From a virus: 43,971 nucleotides of DNA. Each line of letters opens with the position of its first letter. The first letter of the stretch is position 1. Below are positions 32,847 through 41,171 of this stretch, piece by piece. The position numbers and the translations under genes were made by a program. The notes under the pieces were generated by a model. It did not search any database and was not told the origin of the DNA. It saw only the letters and a list, made by a program, of their open reading frames with translations. The stretch covers positions 1 to 43,971 of IMG/VR virus record IMGVR_UViG_3300045988_020849; one strand, written 5' to 3'.

Positions 32847-35054
32847 ATGAAGTGGGATGTGTCAATATCAGCGAATGGGGAAGAGTATTATTCCTCCACA
32901 AGTGAGCTCACAAATCAGGAAAATCCGATTCCTGGGTATGCCTATCTCCTTCCGGGCTATTCCCTTCTGAATGGCAGCTACAAAAACGCTCCGGACAGGA
33001 TCCCGGAGGGGAAAAGTGGGTATACCAGTAGCCAGATATCAGACACGAACGGAGACTTTGCAGACCCTCCGATTCTTCGGATCCATTTTGATAGGCTCAA
33101 GACTTCCAGAGGAATCACACTGAATTTTAACGATATTTCCGGAGACTATGCGGACAAAGTTAATATTAAGTGGTATAAAAGCGGTGTTCTTGTGGAAAAC
33201 ATGGATTTTTCGCCGACATCAAGTGTGTATTTTTGCGAAGCATCTGTAAAGCTCCATAACGAGGTGGAAATCACGTTTCTTCACACTTCGCGACCGTACC
33301 GCCATATTTGGATTTCGAAGATCACAAACTACAGGCTTGTGGACGCTGGAGGACTCAAGATCGTATATGGCGATATCGCCCTCGGAGCGAAAGAAAACGC
33401 GGAGTACAGCGTGAATGATGGTGGGCGGCTGGGCAATCTGAAAAAGAAATATTCCTTCCCTGATGCGGCACTGAACTATCCGGGGTATTCCCTGCTGAAT
33501 GAGGGGTATAAGAACTATGATGTTTTCCCGGAAGTCGGATATATATCTCGGCTGGTATCAGATGAGAACGGGAATTTCCCGCACGGAACCATCCGCCCCA
33601 CGGCTGGTTTAGTTCCACATCCCGGACTGTATCCAGGTAGCGAATATGAGTTGCCTACACTGACCGCGACATTTTCAGATAAATACAGCAGTCAGGGCAT
33701 CTCTCTGGTGTTCAACGATCATTCCGGAGACTATTGCTCTCAACTCACTATCACATGGTATCGTGACGGTGAAACATTATCCTCCGAGACGTTCCAACCG
33801 GACGGATATGAGTATTTCTGTTATCATCCGGAGGAATATTACAATAAGATCACGATCGCCTTCGAAAAGACATCCAGACCATTCAGACCGGTGTTCCTGT
33901 CTGATATCCAATATGGGCTTGGGCGTACATTCTTGGATGATGAAGCGAAGAATGTAGATTGCTTTATCGAGATGAGCCCGATCAGTGAAGAGCTCAGCAT
34001 CAACACATTAAGCTTCACGATCCGGAGCAAGTCGAACATCGCATTCAACTTCCAGCGCCGCCAGCAAATGAAATTATATTTCGATGAAAATATTATCGGA
34101 ATTTTCTATTTGAAATCCGGGAAGCGTGTAAGCAAAACGGACTACGAGGTTAATACTGAGGATGCTGTGGGACTTTTAGACACGACAGACTTTATGGGCG
34201 GCATATACAATAATGAGCCAGTCAAAAACGTCATAGCGGCGATTTTCGAAGGACAGGGGATTGATTATTTCCTTGATCAGACCTTGGAAAATTTGACAGT
34301 AAGCGGATATCTTCCAGTCTGCCGCAGGCGTGATGCGCTCGCTCAAGTTGCTTTTGCGATCGGGGCATCCGTCAACACCGCGTATGATCTCAATCTGTAT
34401 ATCTATCCTCGGAATACAGGCATCATAAAGCCGCATATGGAACTCCATCCGGGAAAAGGACTTGTACCGGGAATGAGAGTCACGAAGCAGAACTTTACGA
34501 AGTCCAACACTCTATCTGGGCTGACGATCGACCACAGCGACATCACCACTGGTGCAAAGGTATACGCGCACACTTACGTGAAATCCTCGGAATCGGAGGA
34601 ACTCTATAAAGATACTCTGAATGGGACAGCTCAGATTACGTTCTCGGAAGCCCATTATGATCTTGCAATCACCGGTGGCGCGATCAGCACGTCCGGAGAT
34701 AACTGGGCGATCATTACCGGAACCGGTAGCGAAGTAGTTCTGACTGGCAAGAAATACACCCACATGACAACCCTGTATGAGAAAGTGAACCCTAACATAT
34801 CGCAGAATGAGAATCTCGTGGAAGTGAAAGACGCGACACTCGTAAACCCTCAGAATGTGAACGAAGTTCTTAATCGTGTATACGATTATTACAGCAGCAA
34901 CGAGTCTGTTTCCTGCCGTGTCTTACTCAATGAGGAAGAGTTGGGGGATATTGTTTCAGTAGATACAGACTTTGACGGGACACGGATCGGAGCCATTAAA
35001 AAGATGGATTTCACATTCACACGGGAAATGACAGCGGAGGTAGAGATAGGATGA
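32847..35054 (+). CDS. Tail-associated / baseplate protein with a tandem duplicated N-terminal domain
   Basis: 735 aa. Repeat 1 is aa 36-159 (PGYSLLNGSYKN...GITLNFNDISGDYADKVNIKWYKSG...TSRPYRHIWISKI). Repeat 2 is aa 212-355 (PGYSLLNEGYKN...GISLVFNDHSGDYCSQLTITWYRDG...TSRPFRPVFLSDI). Confidence 0.65.
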   Translation: MKWDVSISANGEEYYSSTSELTNQENPIPGYAYLLPGYSLLNGSYKNAPDRIPEGKSGYTSSQISDTNGDFADPPILRIHFDRLKTSRGITLNFNDISGDYADKVNIKWYKSGVLVENMDFSPTSSVYFCEASVKLHNEVEITFLHTSRPYRHIWISKITNYRLVDAGGLKIVYGDIALGAKENAEYSVNDGGRLGNLKKKYSFPDAALNYPGYSLLNEGYKNYDVFPEVGYISRLVSDENGNFPHGTIRPTAGLVPHPGLYPGSEYELPTLTATFSDKYSSQGISLVFNDHSGDYCSQLTITWYRDGETLSSETFQPDGYEYFCYHPEEYYNKITIAFEKTSRPFRPVFLSDIQYGLGRTFLDDEAKNVDCFIEMSPISEELSINTLSFTIRSKSNIAFNFQRRQQMKLYFDENIIGIFYLKSGKRVSKTDYEVNTEDAVGLLDTTDFMGGIYNNEPVKNVIAAIFEGQGIDYFLDQTLENLTVSGYLPVCRRRDALAQVAFAIGASVNTAYDLNLYIYPRNTGIIKPHMELHPGKGLVPGMRVTKQNFTKSNTLSGLTIDHSDITTGAKVYAHTYVKSSESEELYKDTLNGTAQITFSEAHYDLAITGGAISTSGDNWAIITGTGSEVVLTGKKYTHMTTLYEKVNPNISQNENLVEVKDATLVNPQNVNEVLNRVYDYYSSNESVSCRVLLNEEELGDIVSVDTDFDGTRIGAIKKMDFTFTREMTAEVEIG

Positions 35055-35464
35055 GCGTTTTTGAGACTCTGATAACAGACCGCACGGCGGACGATGTAAC
35101 AAACCGCACGGAAAAAGGCTGCATTGCTTATACAGACCTTAACCGTGTAGAAACAGCCTGCCGTGATCTTGCGGACATCCTGTTTGTGGACATCAATACA
35201 AAAACAGACTGGACAATGCGAGATTTCCGTACCGACAGCGATATGCAGCGGATCCGCGGCAACATACAGGCGCTGAGAGAGGCATACTTCACAAAGCCAA
35301 CGACCCCGGCAACGCCGCAGAGAATCGAATATCAGTCAGTTACGGAAGCCAACAATATTGAACAGATCCTTGCGGATATCTATGAGATGTATCAGTCTTC
35401 CATGTCCGGGGCGCGGCGGCTTGCGTTCCGGCTGGGAACAAAGCCAATCGGAGACAGGAGGTAG
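35051..35464 (+). CDS. Tail-module hypothetical protein (137 aa)
   Basis: Track ORF with an ATGA overlap. Confidence 0.5.
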   Translation: MSVFETLITDRTADDVTNRTEKGCIAYTDLNRVETACRDLADILFVDINTKTDWTMRDFRTDSDMQRIRGNIQALREAYFTKPTTPATPQRIEYQSVTEANNIEQILADIYEMYQSSMSGARRLAFRLGTKPIGDRR

Positions 35465-35467
35465 CAC

Positions 35468-35908
35468 ATGGCATTAAAAACGAACTATAAGGATGACATC
35501 TATGAGGGGAACAGAAAATACAATCAGGTGAGTAATTCGGACGGGACAATTTCCCTTGTGGATCAGACCAATTACACGCAGGAGGGGGACCCATTTAAGG
35601 CTGAGGACATCAACGCGACAAATATGGCGATCAACAGGCTCTATGATTTGCGTACCGGCACATTGACGGCTGGAGGATGGACCACAAGTGCACCATACAC
35701 GCAGACGATCACTGTTGAGGGACTTAAGGACACGGACCGCCCGGATATCTCCTGCACCGATGACCTGACATCTAAGGCAAGCAAAAAAGCACGCCGGAAG
35801 GAATGGAACAAGGTGGATCGGATCGTTACCGGAGACGGACAGCTCACGGCATACTGCAATTTCGACAAGCCGACCCTTGACTTGCCTATAGAAATTCACA
35901 GATCATAA
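35468..35908 (+). CDS. Tail fibre-associated protein (146 aa)
   Basis: Track ORF with a GGAGG RBS, in the tail fibre region. Confidence 0.5.
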   Translation: MALKTNYKDDIYEGNRKYNQVSNSDGTISLVDQTNYTQEGDPFKAEDINATNMAINRLYDLRTGTLTAGGWTTSAPYTQTITVEGLKDTDRPDISCTDDLTSKASKKARRKEWNKVDRIVTGDGQLTAYCNFDKPTLDLPIEIHRS

Positions 35909-35919
35909 GGAGGAACAGC

Positions 35920-36507
35920 ATGGAAGAATTAGAGAAAAACGAGACCAGCACACAGGCAGAAGAAAATACAGTTTCCCTCGCATCCGCACAGGCTCTTGCT
36001 GATGCACTTGCAAAAATCGAAGCTTACACCCCTACCACTTGGGTAGACAACTCTTCTCCGGACATTGATGCGGAGCATCTGAATAAACCGGAACAGGCAA
36101 TCAAACGTGTCACGGATGCGCTCAATTCCGCCGTTGATGTAATCAAGGATTTGCAGTCTCAGGTAACAAAGAACGCCGGAGCTATCTCGGATGTAAATAA
36201 CAATTTGAGTAATACGAATGATAAGGTCACTCAATTGTATAGTGATTTACCGATTATAGGGAAATTCACCAATAAAAAAAACAAAGACATCATTAAAATC
36301 GGCTCTGTCGTAAAATCTCGCTCTGTCGTATGTGTATTTCCCAGATATAATACCCTTACTACTGTTAGGTGTATATATCCTTCACTTGAAATTAGTGCTG
36401 GAGAAGATCAATTTCAGCTATTCGCATGGGATACCAATACGCAAAACGATTCCACATCCACAAACTTAGAAGGATACTACATTGTAATGCCAATGTTGTC
36501 TAAGTAA
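35920..36507 (+). CDS. Tail fibre protein with an exchangeable C-terminal domain (currently expressed cassette)
   Basis: 195 aa. The constant part is aa 1-91. Codons VNNNLS (36193-36210) coincide with the left inverted repeat. The C-terminal coding part is visibly AT-rich. Confidence 0.65.
   Translation: MEELEKNETSTQAEENTVSLASAQALADALAKIEAYTPTTWVDNSSPDIDAEHLNKPEQAIKRVTDALNSAVDVIKDLQSQVTKNAGAISDVNNNLSNTNDKVTQLYSDLPIIGKFTNKKNKDIIKIGSVVKSRSVVCVFPRYNTLTTVRCIYPSLEISAGEDQFQLFAWDTNTQNDSTSTNLEGYYIVMPMLSK
36193..36210 (+). repeat. Left inverted repeat gtaaataacaatttgagt
   Basis: Read directly. In frame as V-N-N-N-L-S in 35920..36507. Confidence 0.95.
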
Positions 36508-36533
36508 TAGCTTTGCTTTCGTTCTCGTAGCTA

Positions 36534-36902
36534 TCAAATATAAGCAGCCATGCCACATATATATGTCAACTTTGAGGCATTAGCTCCTGTTGACATACTA
36601 ATACTTATTCCTGAAATCTCAAGAACTACGGGCGTATAGGCTGCTCTGGCCCATTCACCAACATCCCTGCCTTGTATGACTATATGTGCAGATGTAGCAG
36701 GCCGCAATTTCTCTGGTATATTGCTTGCTATAATATCATTTCCTGTAAGAGCTTTTGCCTTAATAGCGATGCTTAGAACTTTTACATTACCCACACGATA
36801 TATCCTTAGGTAGTAATCTGCGGCAGGATCATAATAATCTGGATTGAGTAAATCAGTCAGATCATTAACTTCCACACTCAAATTGTTATTTACGTAACAC
36901 AT
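36534..36902 (-). CDS. Alternative tail-fibre C-terminal cassette (silent in this orientation)
   Basis: The ORF begins MCY then VNNNLS encoded by the right inverted repeat. No RBS precedes its ATG. Inversion would fuse it in frame to aa 1-91 of the fibre gene. Confidence 0.55.
   Translation of the reverse strand: MCYVNNNLSVEVNDLTDLLNPDYYDPAADYYLRIYRVGNVKVLSIAIKAKALTGNDIIASNIPEKLRPATSAHIVIQGRDVGEWARAAYTPVVLEISGISISMSTGANASKLTYICGMAAYI
36876..36893 (-). repeat. Right inverted repeat (reverse complement gtaaataacaatttgagt)
   Basis: Read directly: plus strand actcaaattgttatttac. Confidence 0.95.
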
Positions 36903-36921
36903 TTTAATTCAAAAAAGAAAG

Positions 36922-37019
36922 GAAAGAGATTGTTTGGCAGGCGTTGCGGCTCCTGCATCTCTTTTAGCCACTGCGGCGCATGGTTGCAACGGAATCTACC
37001 GCCTCAAACAATCTCTTTC
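36922..37019. repeat. Long hairpin / 15-bp perfect inverted repeats flanking 68 bp
   Basis: gaaagagattgtttg (36922-36936) and caaacaatctctttc (37005-37019). The GC-rich interior has further pairing (gttgc/gcaac). Confidence 0.8.
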
Positions 37020-37072
37020 GAATTCATTATAACAGAACGATTTTTTATTGTAAAGAAAGGAGATATTATACT

Positions 37073-38149
37073 ATGGCAGATGCCTTTTTAAAGCAGTATG
37101 GCGGATCCGGTACTGGATCCGATGACTGCACAGCAAAACGAAATCAGGTACTCGCAGGCGTGACGGCCGTCACCAGCGACAGTGATGATGAAGCACTGAC
37201 CGGCACAATGCCGGAGCGTGGAAAACTGTCCAGAACACTTTCCGCTGGGGAGTCCGTGACATTATCAGAAGGACATTACGCCGGAGGCACGGTGTCCGCC
37301 CGGAGCTTGGCAAGCCAGACCGGTGGAGCAACGGCAGAAGACCGATATGTCAAGAAAGGGCTGACATACTGGAAAGATGGGGTGTTACGAACCGGAACAA
37401 TGGAAACCCAGTCCGCAATATCTTTTAGCGCAGCCGCTCTCTCTCATAATACGATCCGCGTCAGCTGGAAGAACCCGGCAAAGGGACCGTGGGAAGGTAT
37501 CCGCATTCAGATGTCTACTGACGGAACACCGGGGGCGAGCGGCGGAACAAGGGTTTACACTGGGGCTGGAAGCAATCCGAACCAAGCTAATGGGAATAAC
37601 TATGCCGATATTACCGGATTGAAGCCACTTACAAAGTACTATTTTTCCTGCACCAGCTTTTGTACGGGACTTGATGATGGAATACAAGCAGATGTTAGCG
37701 CGACTACTACCCATGTATATCTATACAATAGGGGAAACAATATCGCAGGAATTTCTGTTAGTGATGAATACACTTACAATGGGGGAATTACATTTGCATC
37801 AAATGCTATTGTTTATAGTAAAGTTGGATCCAGTCCTTGGACGGGCGGAACATTGGTAACTAATGGTAAGTGGGATCTTAGCGCATTTTCTAAATTTAAA
37901 ATGAGATGCAAAATCTCATCAGCACATTATGATCAATTTTACGTGAATGTTTTTGGAAAACAAAACAGCGACTTTGATCTTTTGTCAAATGATAAAGTTA
38001 GTCTGTCATATAGTGAGATGGTTTATGAGTCCCATTTAAGAAGTACAGCAAAGAGCTTTAATGATCGCATTTATTTCCAACTGTATAGCACAAATGGAAC
38101 CGCAGTATCCGGTATACTCGGAGAAATTTATGAGATTTGGCTTGAATAA
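37073..38149 (+). CDS. Tail fibre / receptor-binding protein with a fibronectin type III-like domain
   Basis: ATG 37073 follows AAGGAG. IRVSWKNPAKGPWEGIRIQMSTDG...ITGLKPLTKYYFSCTSF is FN3-like. AT-rich C-terminal domain. Track ORF start 36980 is an extension. Confidence 0.6.
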   Translation: MADAFLKQYGGSGTGSDDCTAKRNQVLAGVTAVTSDSDDEALTGTMPERGKLSRTLSAGESVTLSEGHYAGGTVSARSLASQTGGATAEDRYVKKGLTYWKDGVLRTGTMETQSAISFSAAALSHNTIRVSWKNPAKGPWEGIRIQMSTDGTPGASGGTRVYTGAGSNPNQANGNNYADITGLKPLTKYYFSCTSFCTGLDDGIQADVSATTTHVYLYNRGNNIAGISVSDEYTYNGGITFASNAIVYSKVGSSPWTGGTLVTNGKWDLSAFSKFKMRCKISSAHYDQFYVNVFGKQNSDFDLLSNDKVSLSYSEMVYESHLRSTAKSFNDRIYFQLYSTNGTAVSGILGEIYEIWLE

Positions 38150-38160
38150 AGGAGAAAATC

Positions 38161-38292
38161 ATGAATGATATTGCATTATGCTGTGACAAGCTCAGTAGTG
38201 ATGATTCTGACACTGATTTTTGGAACATGGAGGATAAGATTATTGATGCCTATAAAAAGTGGCAGAATATATGCTTTGCAGTAGAGGAGTGA
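38161..38292 (+). CDS. Small acidic protein (43 aa), not a membrane protein
   Basis: ORF below the track cutoff, with an AAAGGAG RBS. MNDIALCCDKLSSDDSDTDFWNMEDKIIDAYKKWQNICFAVEE. Confidence 0.45.
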   Translation: MNDIALCCDKLSSDDSDTDFWNMEDKIIDAYKKWQNICFAVEE

Positions 38293-38296
38293 TCAT

Positions 38297-39016
38297 ATGA
38301 GAGATATTACATTGTGCCATCCGCGGCTTCAGAGGCTTGCGGCGGCACTTGTGCAGAAATGCGCAGAACAGGGCTTGAAGATCAAGATCGGCGAAACCTT
38401 CCGCACTGTGGCGGAGCAAGACGCATTTTATGCCCAGGGAAGAACAAAACCGGGCAACAAGGTGACGAACGCTCGCGGATCCAGTTACAGCTCCTTCCAT
38501 CAGTGGGGAACCGCCTTTGACATCTACCGCGCTGACGGGAAGGGCGCTTACTATGATAACGACGGCTTCTTTTCCCGTGTAGGTGCGATCGGAGTTTCCC
38601 TCGGACTTGAGTGGGGCGGTAACTGGAAATCTATCCCGGACAGGCCACACTTCCAGTTGCCAGACTGGGGCAGTAGTACAAAGAAAATCAAAGCTCTATA
38701 TGCCACTCCACAGGCTTTCATGGCAACATGGGAGAAAGAGACAGCGAATCTGCCGGAAGGCTGGGTACACGACGCTCACGGCTGGTGGTGGCGGAATGCG
38801 GACGGGTCATACCCCAAACTGTGTTGGAAAACCATCAATCACCATTATTACCTCTTCGGTGCGTCCGGCTATATGCTGACCGGCTGGGTACAGTTTGACG
38901 GCACCAAGACCGGTACGGGCGACTGGTTCTATCTTGAGGAGTCCGGCGAATACGAGGGTGCGTGTTGGCACGCGAAGGGAAATAACGGTGCTATGGAACG
39001 GTGGTATGTGGAGTGA
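38297..39016 (+). CDS. Endolysin: M15 (VanY-like) peptidase domain plus cell-wall-binding repeats
   Basis: SSFHQWGTAFD and DRPHFQ zinc-ligand motifs. C-terminal GW/WY repeats (GWVHDAHGWWWRNADGSY, YYLFGASGYMLTGWVQFDG, WFYLEESGEYEG). Confidence 0.85.
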   Translation: MRDITLCHPRLQRLAAALVQKCAEQGLKIKIGETFRTVAEQDAFYAQGRTKPGNKVTNARGSSYSSFHQWGTAFDIYRADGKGAYYDNDGFFSRVGAIGVSLGLEWGGNWKSIPDRPHFQLPDWGSSTKKIKALYATPQAFMATWEKETANLPEGWVHDAHGWWWRNADGSYPKLCWKTINHHYYLFGASGYMLTGWVQFDGTKTGTGDWFYLEESGEYEGACWHAKGNNGAMERWYVE

Positions 39017-39043
39017 TTTTCGTGTTGCATTTCGTGTTGCATA
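39017..39043 (+). repeat. attP arm-type repeat, copy 1 (two tandem TTCGTGTTGCA units)
   Basis: 22-nt gtgttgcatttcgtgttgcata (39022-39043) recurs exactly at 39239-39260. Confidence 0.75.
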
Positions 39044-39175
39044 GTGCTTTAAGTATAGCAAGAAAGCATAAAATCATTATAGATAACTACAATTAATAAA
39101 ACCATGTAAGTCGCATAAAATAAGGGGATTCCAAGAAAACCCAGTATTTTCAAGGAATCCCTTTATATCCATATA

Positions 39176-39200
39176 ACCGGTTCAAGTCCGGTCACCGGCA
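39176..39200 (+). other. attP core: 3' fragment of a tRNA gene (T arm + acceptor strand, probably tRNA-Leu)
   Basis: ACCGG-TTCAAGT-CCGGT-CACCGGC-A. No matching 5' acceptor strand (GCCGGTG) lies upstream, so this is a fragment, as expected for a tRNA-targeting integrase. Confidence 0.65.
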
Positions 39201-39204
39201 TTGA

Positions 39205-39238
39205 AAGAAGCTTGTAAATACAGGCTTCTTTTTATTTT
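39205..39238 (+). terminator. Rho-independent terminator following the tRNA fragment
   Basis: aagaagcttg pairs with caggcttctt (10 bp, 1 mismatch) around loop taaata, then tttatttt. Confidence 0.65.
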
Positions 39239-40308
39239 GTGTTGCATTTCGTGTTGCATAACTCTGAAAAATGCGTGTTTGCTATCTCATTCATCGACAT
39301 GGTTTTGTCATCCATTGTATGGCGATACACTTCTTTTAGGGTTCCATCGTTCCCCCATCCCCCTCGCTTCATGATATAGGCATCCGGGATCCCCAATGCA
39401 TGTTGGATGGATGCGGAGTAGTGCCGGAGATCGTGGAAGCGGAACAGCTCCATTTTATTTTTCTTGAGAAGATCATGAAACTTCCTTGTGATCTGATTCG
39501 GATCCAGCGAAACGATCCTTCCCTTTTTCCCCTTTATCTTTTCGATTACAAAGTCCGGAAAATCAATATAGCGATCACCGGCGTAAGTTTTCGGCGTTTT
39601 TATGATCCATTGACGTTCCGTGTTCAAGACCATATTCTTCGTAATGTGGACCATGTTTCCGGAGATATCGTTGGATGTCAGCGCACCGATCTCCCCGCGC
39701 CGCATCGGACCGAATGCCGCAAGCAGGATCGGGATCTCCAACTCTGTCCCTTTTGCACACTCCATAAGACGCTGTATCTCCGCGTCTGTAGGCACGTAGA
39801 TCTTCGGGCGTACTTTTTCCGGGAGCTTGGTGTTCAAAGCGAAATTCGGACGATACACGCCTAAAACAGCAGCGATTAGTCCATGAGCGTTACGCACTGT
39901 CTTGGGTGCGTGATTTGCGGCAAAGGCGTTGATTGCAACCTGCACCTGCTCCTGCGTCAATGTAGGCACCTTCTGATTCATTAGCTCCTGCATGTCCTTC
40001 TTCCGGGTCCGGCGGTAGTCCATAACCGTTCTGGGTGATAGCAGGGACAACCGCTCATCAGTGTAACGGTCGATCGCTTCCCCCAACGTGAGATTCTGCA
40101 CACTCGTTGCATTCTCCTTCTCAGCGGCCCATTGAGCCGCCATCTGTTCCGCAATACGTTTTCCCTTCGGCCCAGGCACATCCGAGGTGAAGCTCTTGTA
40201 AATACGTTTGTCCTTCTTTTTTTCGGTCTTCGGATCAATAGATGTCTCAAGGTGTGAGAATATCTGGCACCTCCATGATCCAGACGGTAATTTTTTTGCT
40301 GTTGCCAT
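39232..40308 (-). CDS. int: Tyrosine integrase
   Basis: 358 aa with MRRGEIGAL, HDLRHYSAS and GGWGNDGTLKEVYRH catalytic motifs. Adjacent to attP. AAGGAGG RBS. Confidence 0.9.
   Translation of the reverse strand: MATAKKLPSGSWRCQIFSHLETSIDPKTEKKKDKRIYKSFTSDVPGPKGKRIAEQMAAQWAAEKENATSVQNLTLGEAIDRYTDERLSLLSPRTVMDYRRTRKKDMQELMNQKVPTLTQEQVQVAINAFAANHAPKTVRNAHGLIAAVLGVYRPNFALNTKLPEKVRPKIYVPTDAEIQRLMECAKGTELEIPILLAAFGPMRRGEIGALTSNDISGNMVHITKNMVLNTERQWIIKTPKTYAGDRYIDFPDFVIEKIKGKKGRIVSLDPNQITRKFHDLLKKNKMELFRFHDLRHYSASIQHALGIPDAYIMKRGGWGNDGTLKEVYRHTMDDKTMSMNEIANTHFSELCNTKCNTK
39235..39260 (+). repeat. attP arm-type repeat, copy 2 (inside the 3' end of int)
   Basis: Exact 22-nt copy of 39022-39043. It encodes the integrase C-terminal CNTKCNTK on the minus strand. 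Confidence 0.75.
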
Positions 40309-40328
40309 GTAAATACCTCCTTAAGTGT

Positions 40329-40375
40329 AAAAAAATAACAGCCACCGGAATCTTTCGATTCCGCTTGCATGGCTG
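40329..40375 (-). terminator. Terminator between the lipoprotein gene and int (minus strand)
   Basis: Minus-strand hairpin CAGCCA...TGGCTG with an inner GGAATC/GATTCC stem, followed by TTATTTTTTT. Confidence 0.55.
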
Positions 40376-40514
40376 TCCAGAAAGTGATACACTATGTGTG
40401 TAGGTTTCAGAATATCTCTTTCTGGAGCTATAGAATCGGTTTGGTGTGCCAGCACTGAACCGATTTTTCATTTGTAGTATGTGCAAAAATATTTTTTTAT
40501 TCGTGAAAGCAAAT

Positions 40515-41150
40515 TTATTTTTTGCTGTCTGCTGAGTCTGTTGATGAAATAACTTGGCCGGAATCAGCGTTCACAAAATCAACGTGGACGTTCTCGACCG
40601 GAGTTCCGTTGAAAATATTATAAACTCCAGACATCATATATAACTGCATGACGGACATTGACTCGCTCAAGTCCGGTTCTGCGTTCTTTGTTGTGATCGT
40701 GAAGGAAGTGAAATCATCGTTCGCCGTGATGTCTGTGATGTTCGGATAATCTTTGGAGCCGATCATCTTTGCCAGTGATTCGTTGATGCTGTCCGCATAC
40801 GACTTCATCATCTCCGCATGCTGGCTCTTCGTCATCTCATATGTGGCACTTCCATCATCGTTCAGAGTAGCCTTGTAGCCGTATTCAGCAGCCTTTTTAT
40901 CAAGATCTTCCTGCGTGGAGCCTCCGACGAATTCGGCCGGGATATTCAGAGTAACATCAAATACACCCTTATCCACCGAAACATCTCCAACGGCTTCGAG
41001 GTTTGATTTTGTCTCGCTGGTCTCTTCGGCGGCTGTTGTCTCTGCAACGGTGGTCTCCTGCGCCGCTGTGGTTTCCGCTGCTTTGTCTGCCCCACACCCA
41101 GATAACATGAGTGTAGCTGTCAAGGCAATCATATAGATCTTCTTTCTCAT
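40515..41150 (-). CDS. Lipoprotein (lysogeny-module moron, possible superinfection exclusion)
   Basis: Signal peptide with lipobox LMLSGC, then a Thr/Glu/Ala-rich linker. Confidence 0.7.
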   Translation of the reverse strand: MRKKIYMIALTATLMLSGCGADKAAETTAAQETTVAETTAAEETSETKSNLEAVGDVSVDKGVFDVTLNIPAEFVGGSTQEDLDKKAAEYGYKATLNDDGSATYEMTKSQHAEMMKSYADSINESLAKMIGSKDYPNITDITANDDFTSFTITTKNAEPDLSESMSVMQLYMMSGVYNIFNGTPVENVHVDFVNADSGQVISSTDSADSKK

Positions 41151-41171
41151 AATACTTTTACACCTCTAAAA

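Larger units (their letters stand above)
36193..36893. mobile_element. Putative invertible DNA segment (tail-fibre C-terminus switch)
   Basis: Bounded by perfect 18-bp inverted repeats. It contains the 3' end of the plus-strand fibre gene and an opposed promoterless cassette, converging stop to stop (36507 and 36534). Confidence 0.6.

Noticed and set aside
39017-39260. Interpreting the 22-bp direct repeats as attL/attR prophage boundaries
   Set aside because: They are only ~195 bp apart and flank a tRNA 3' fragment next to int. There is no host DNA in the window and the window ends overlap, so this is attP with arm-type sites in an excised or circular genome.
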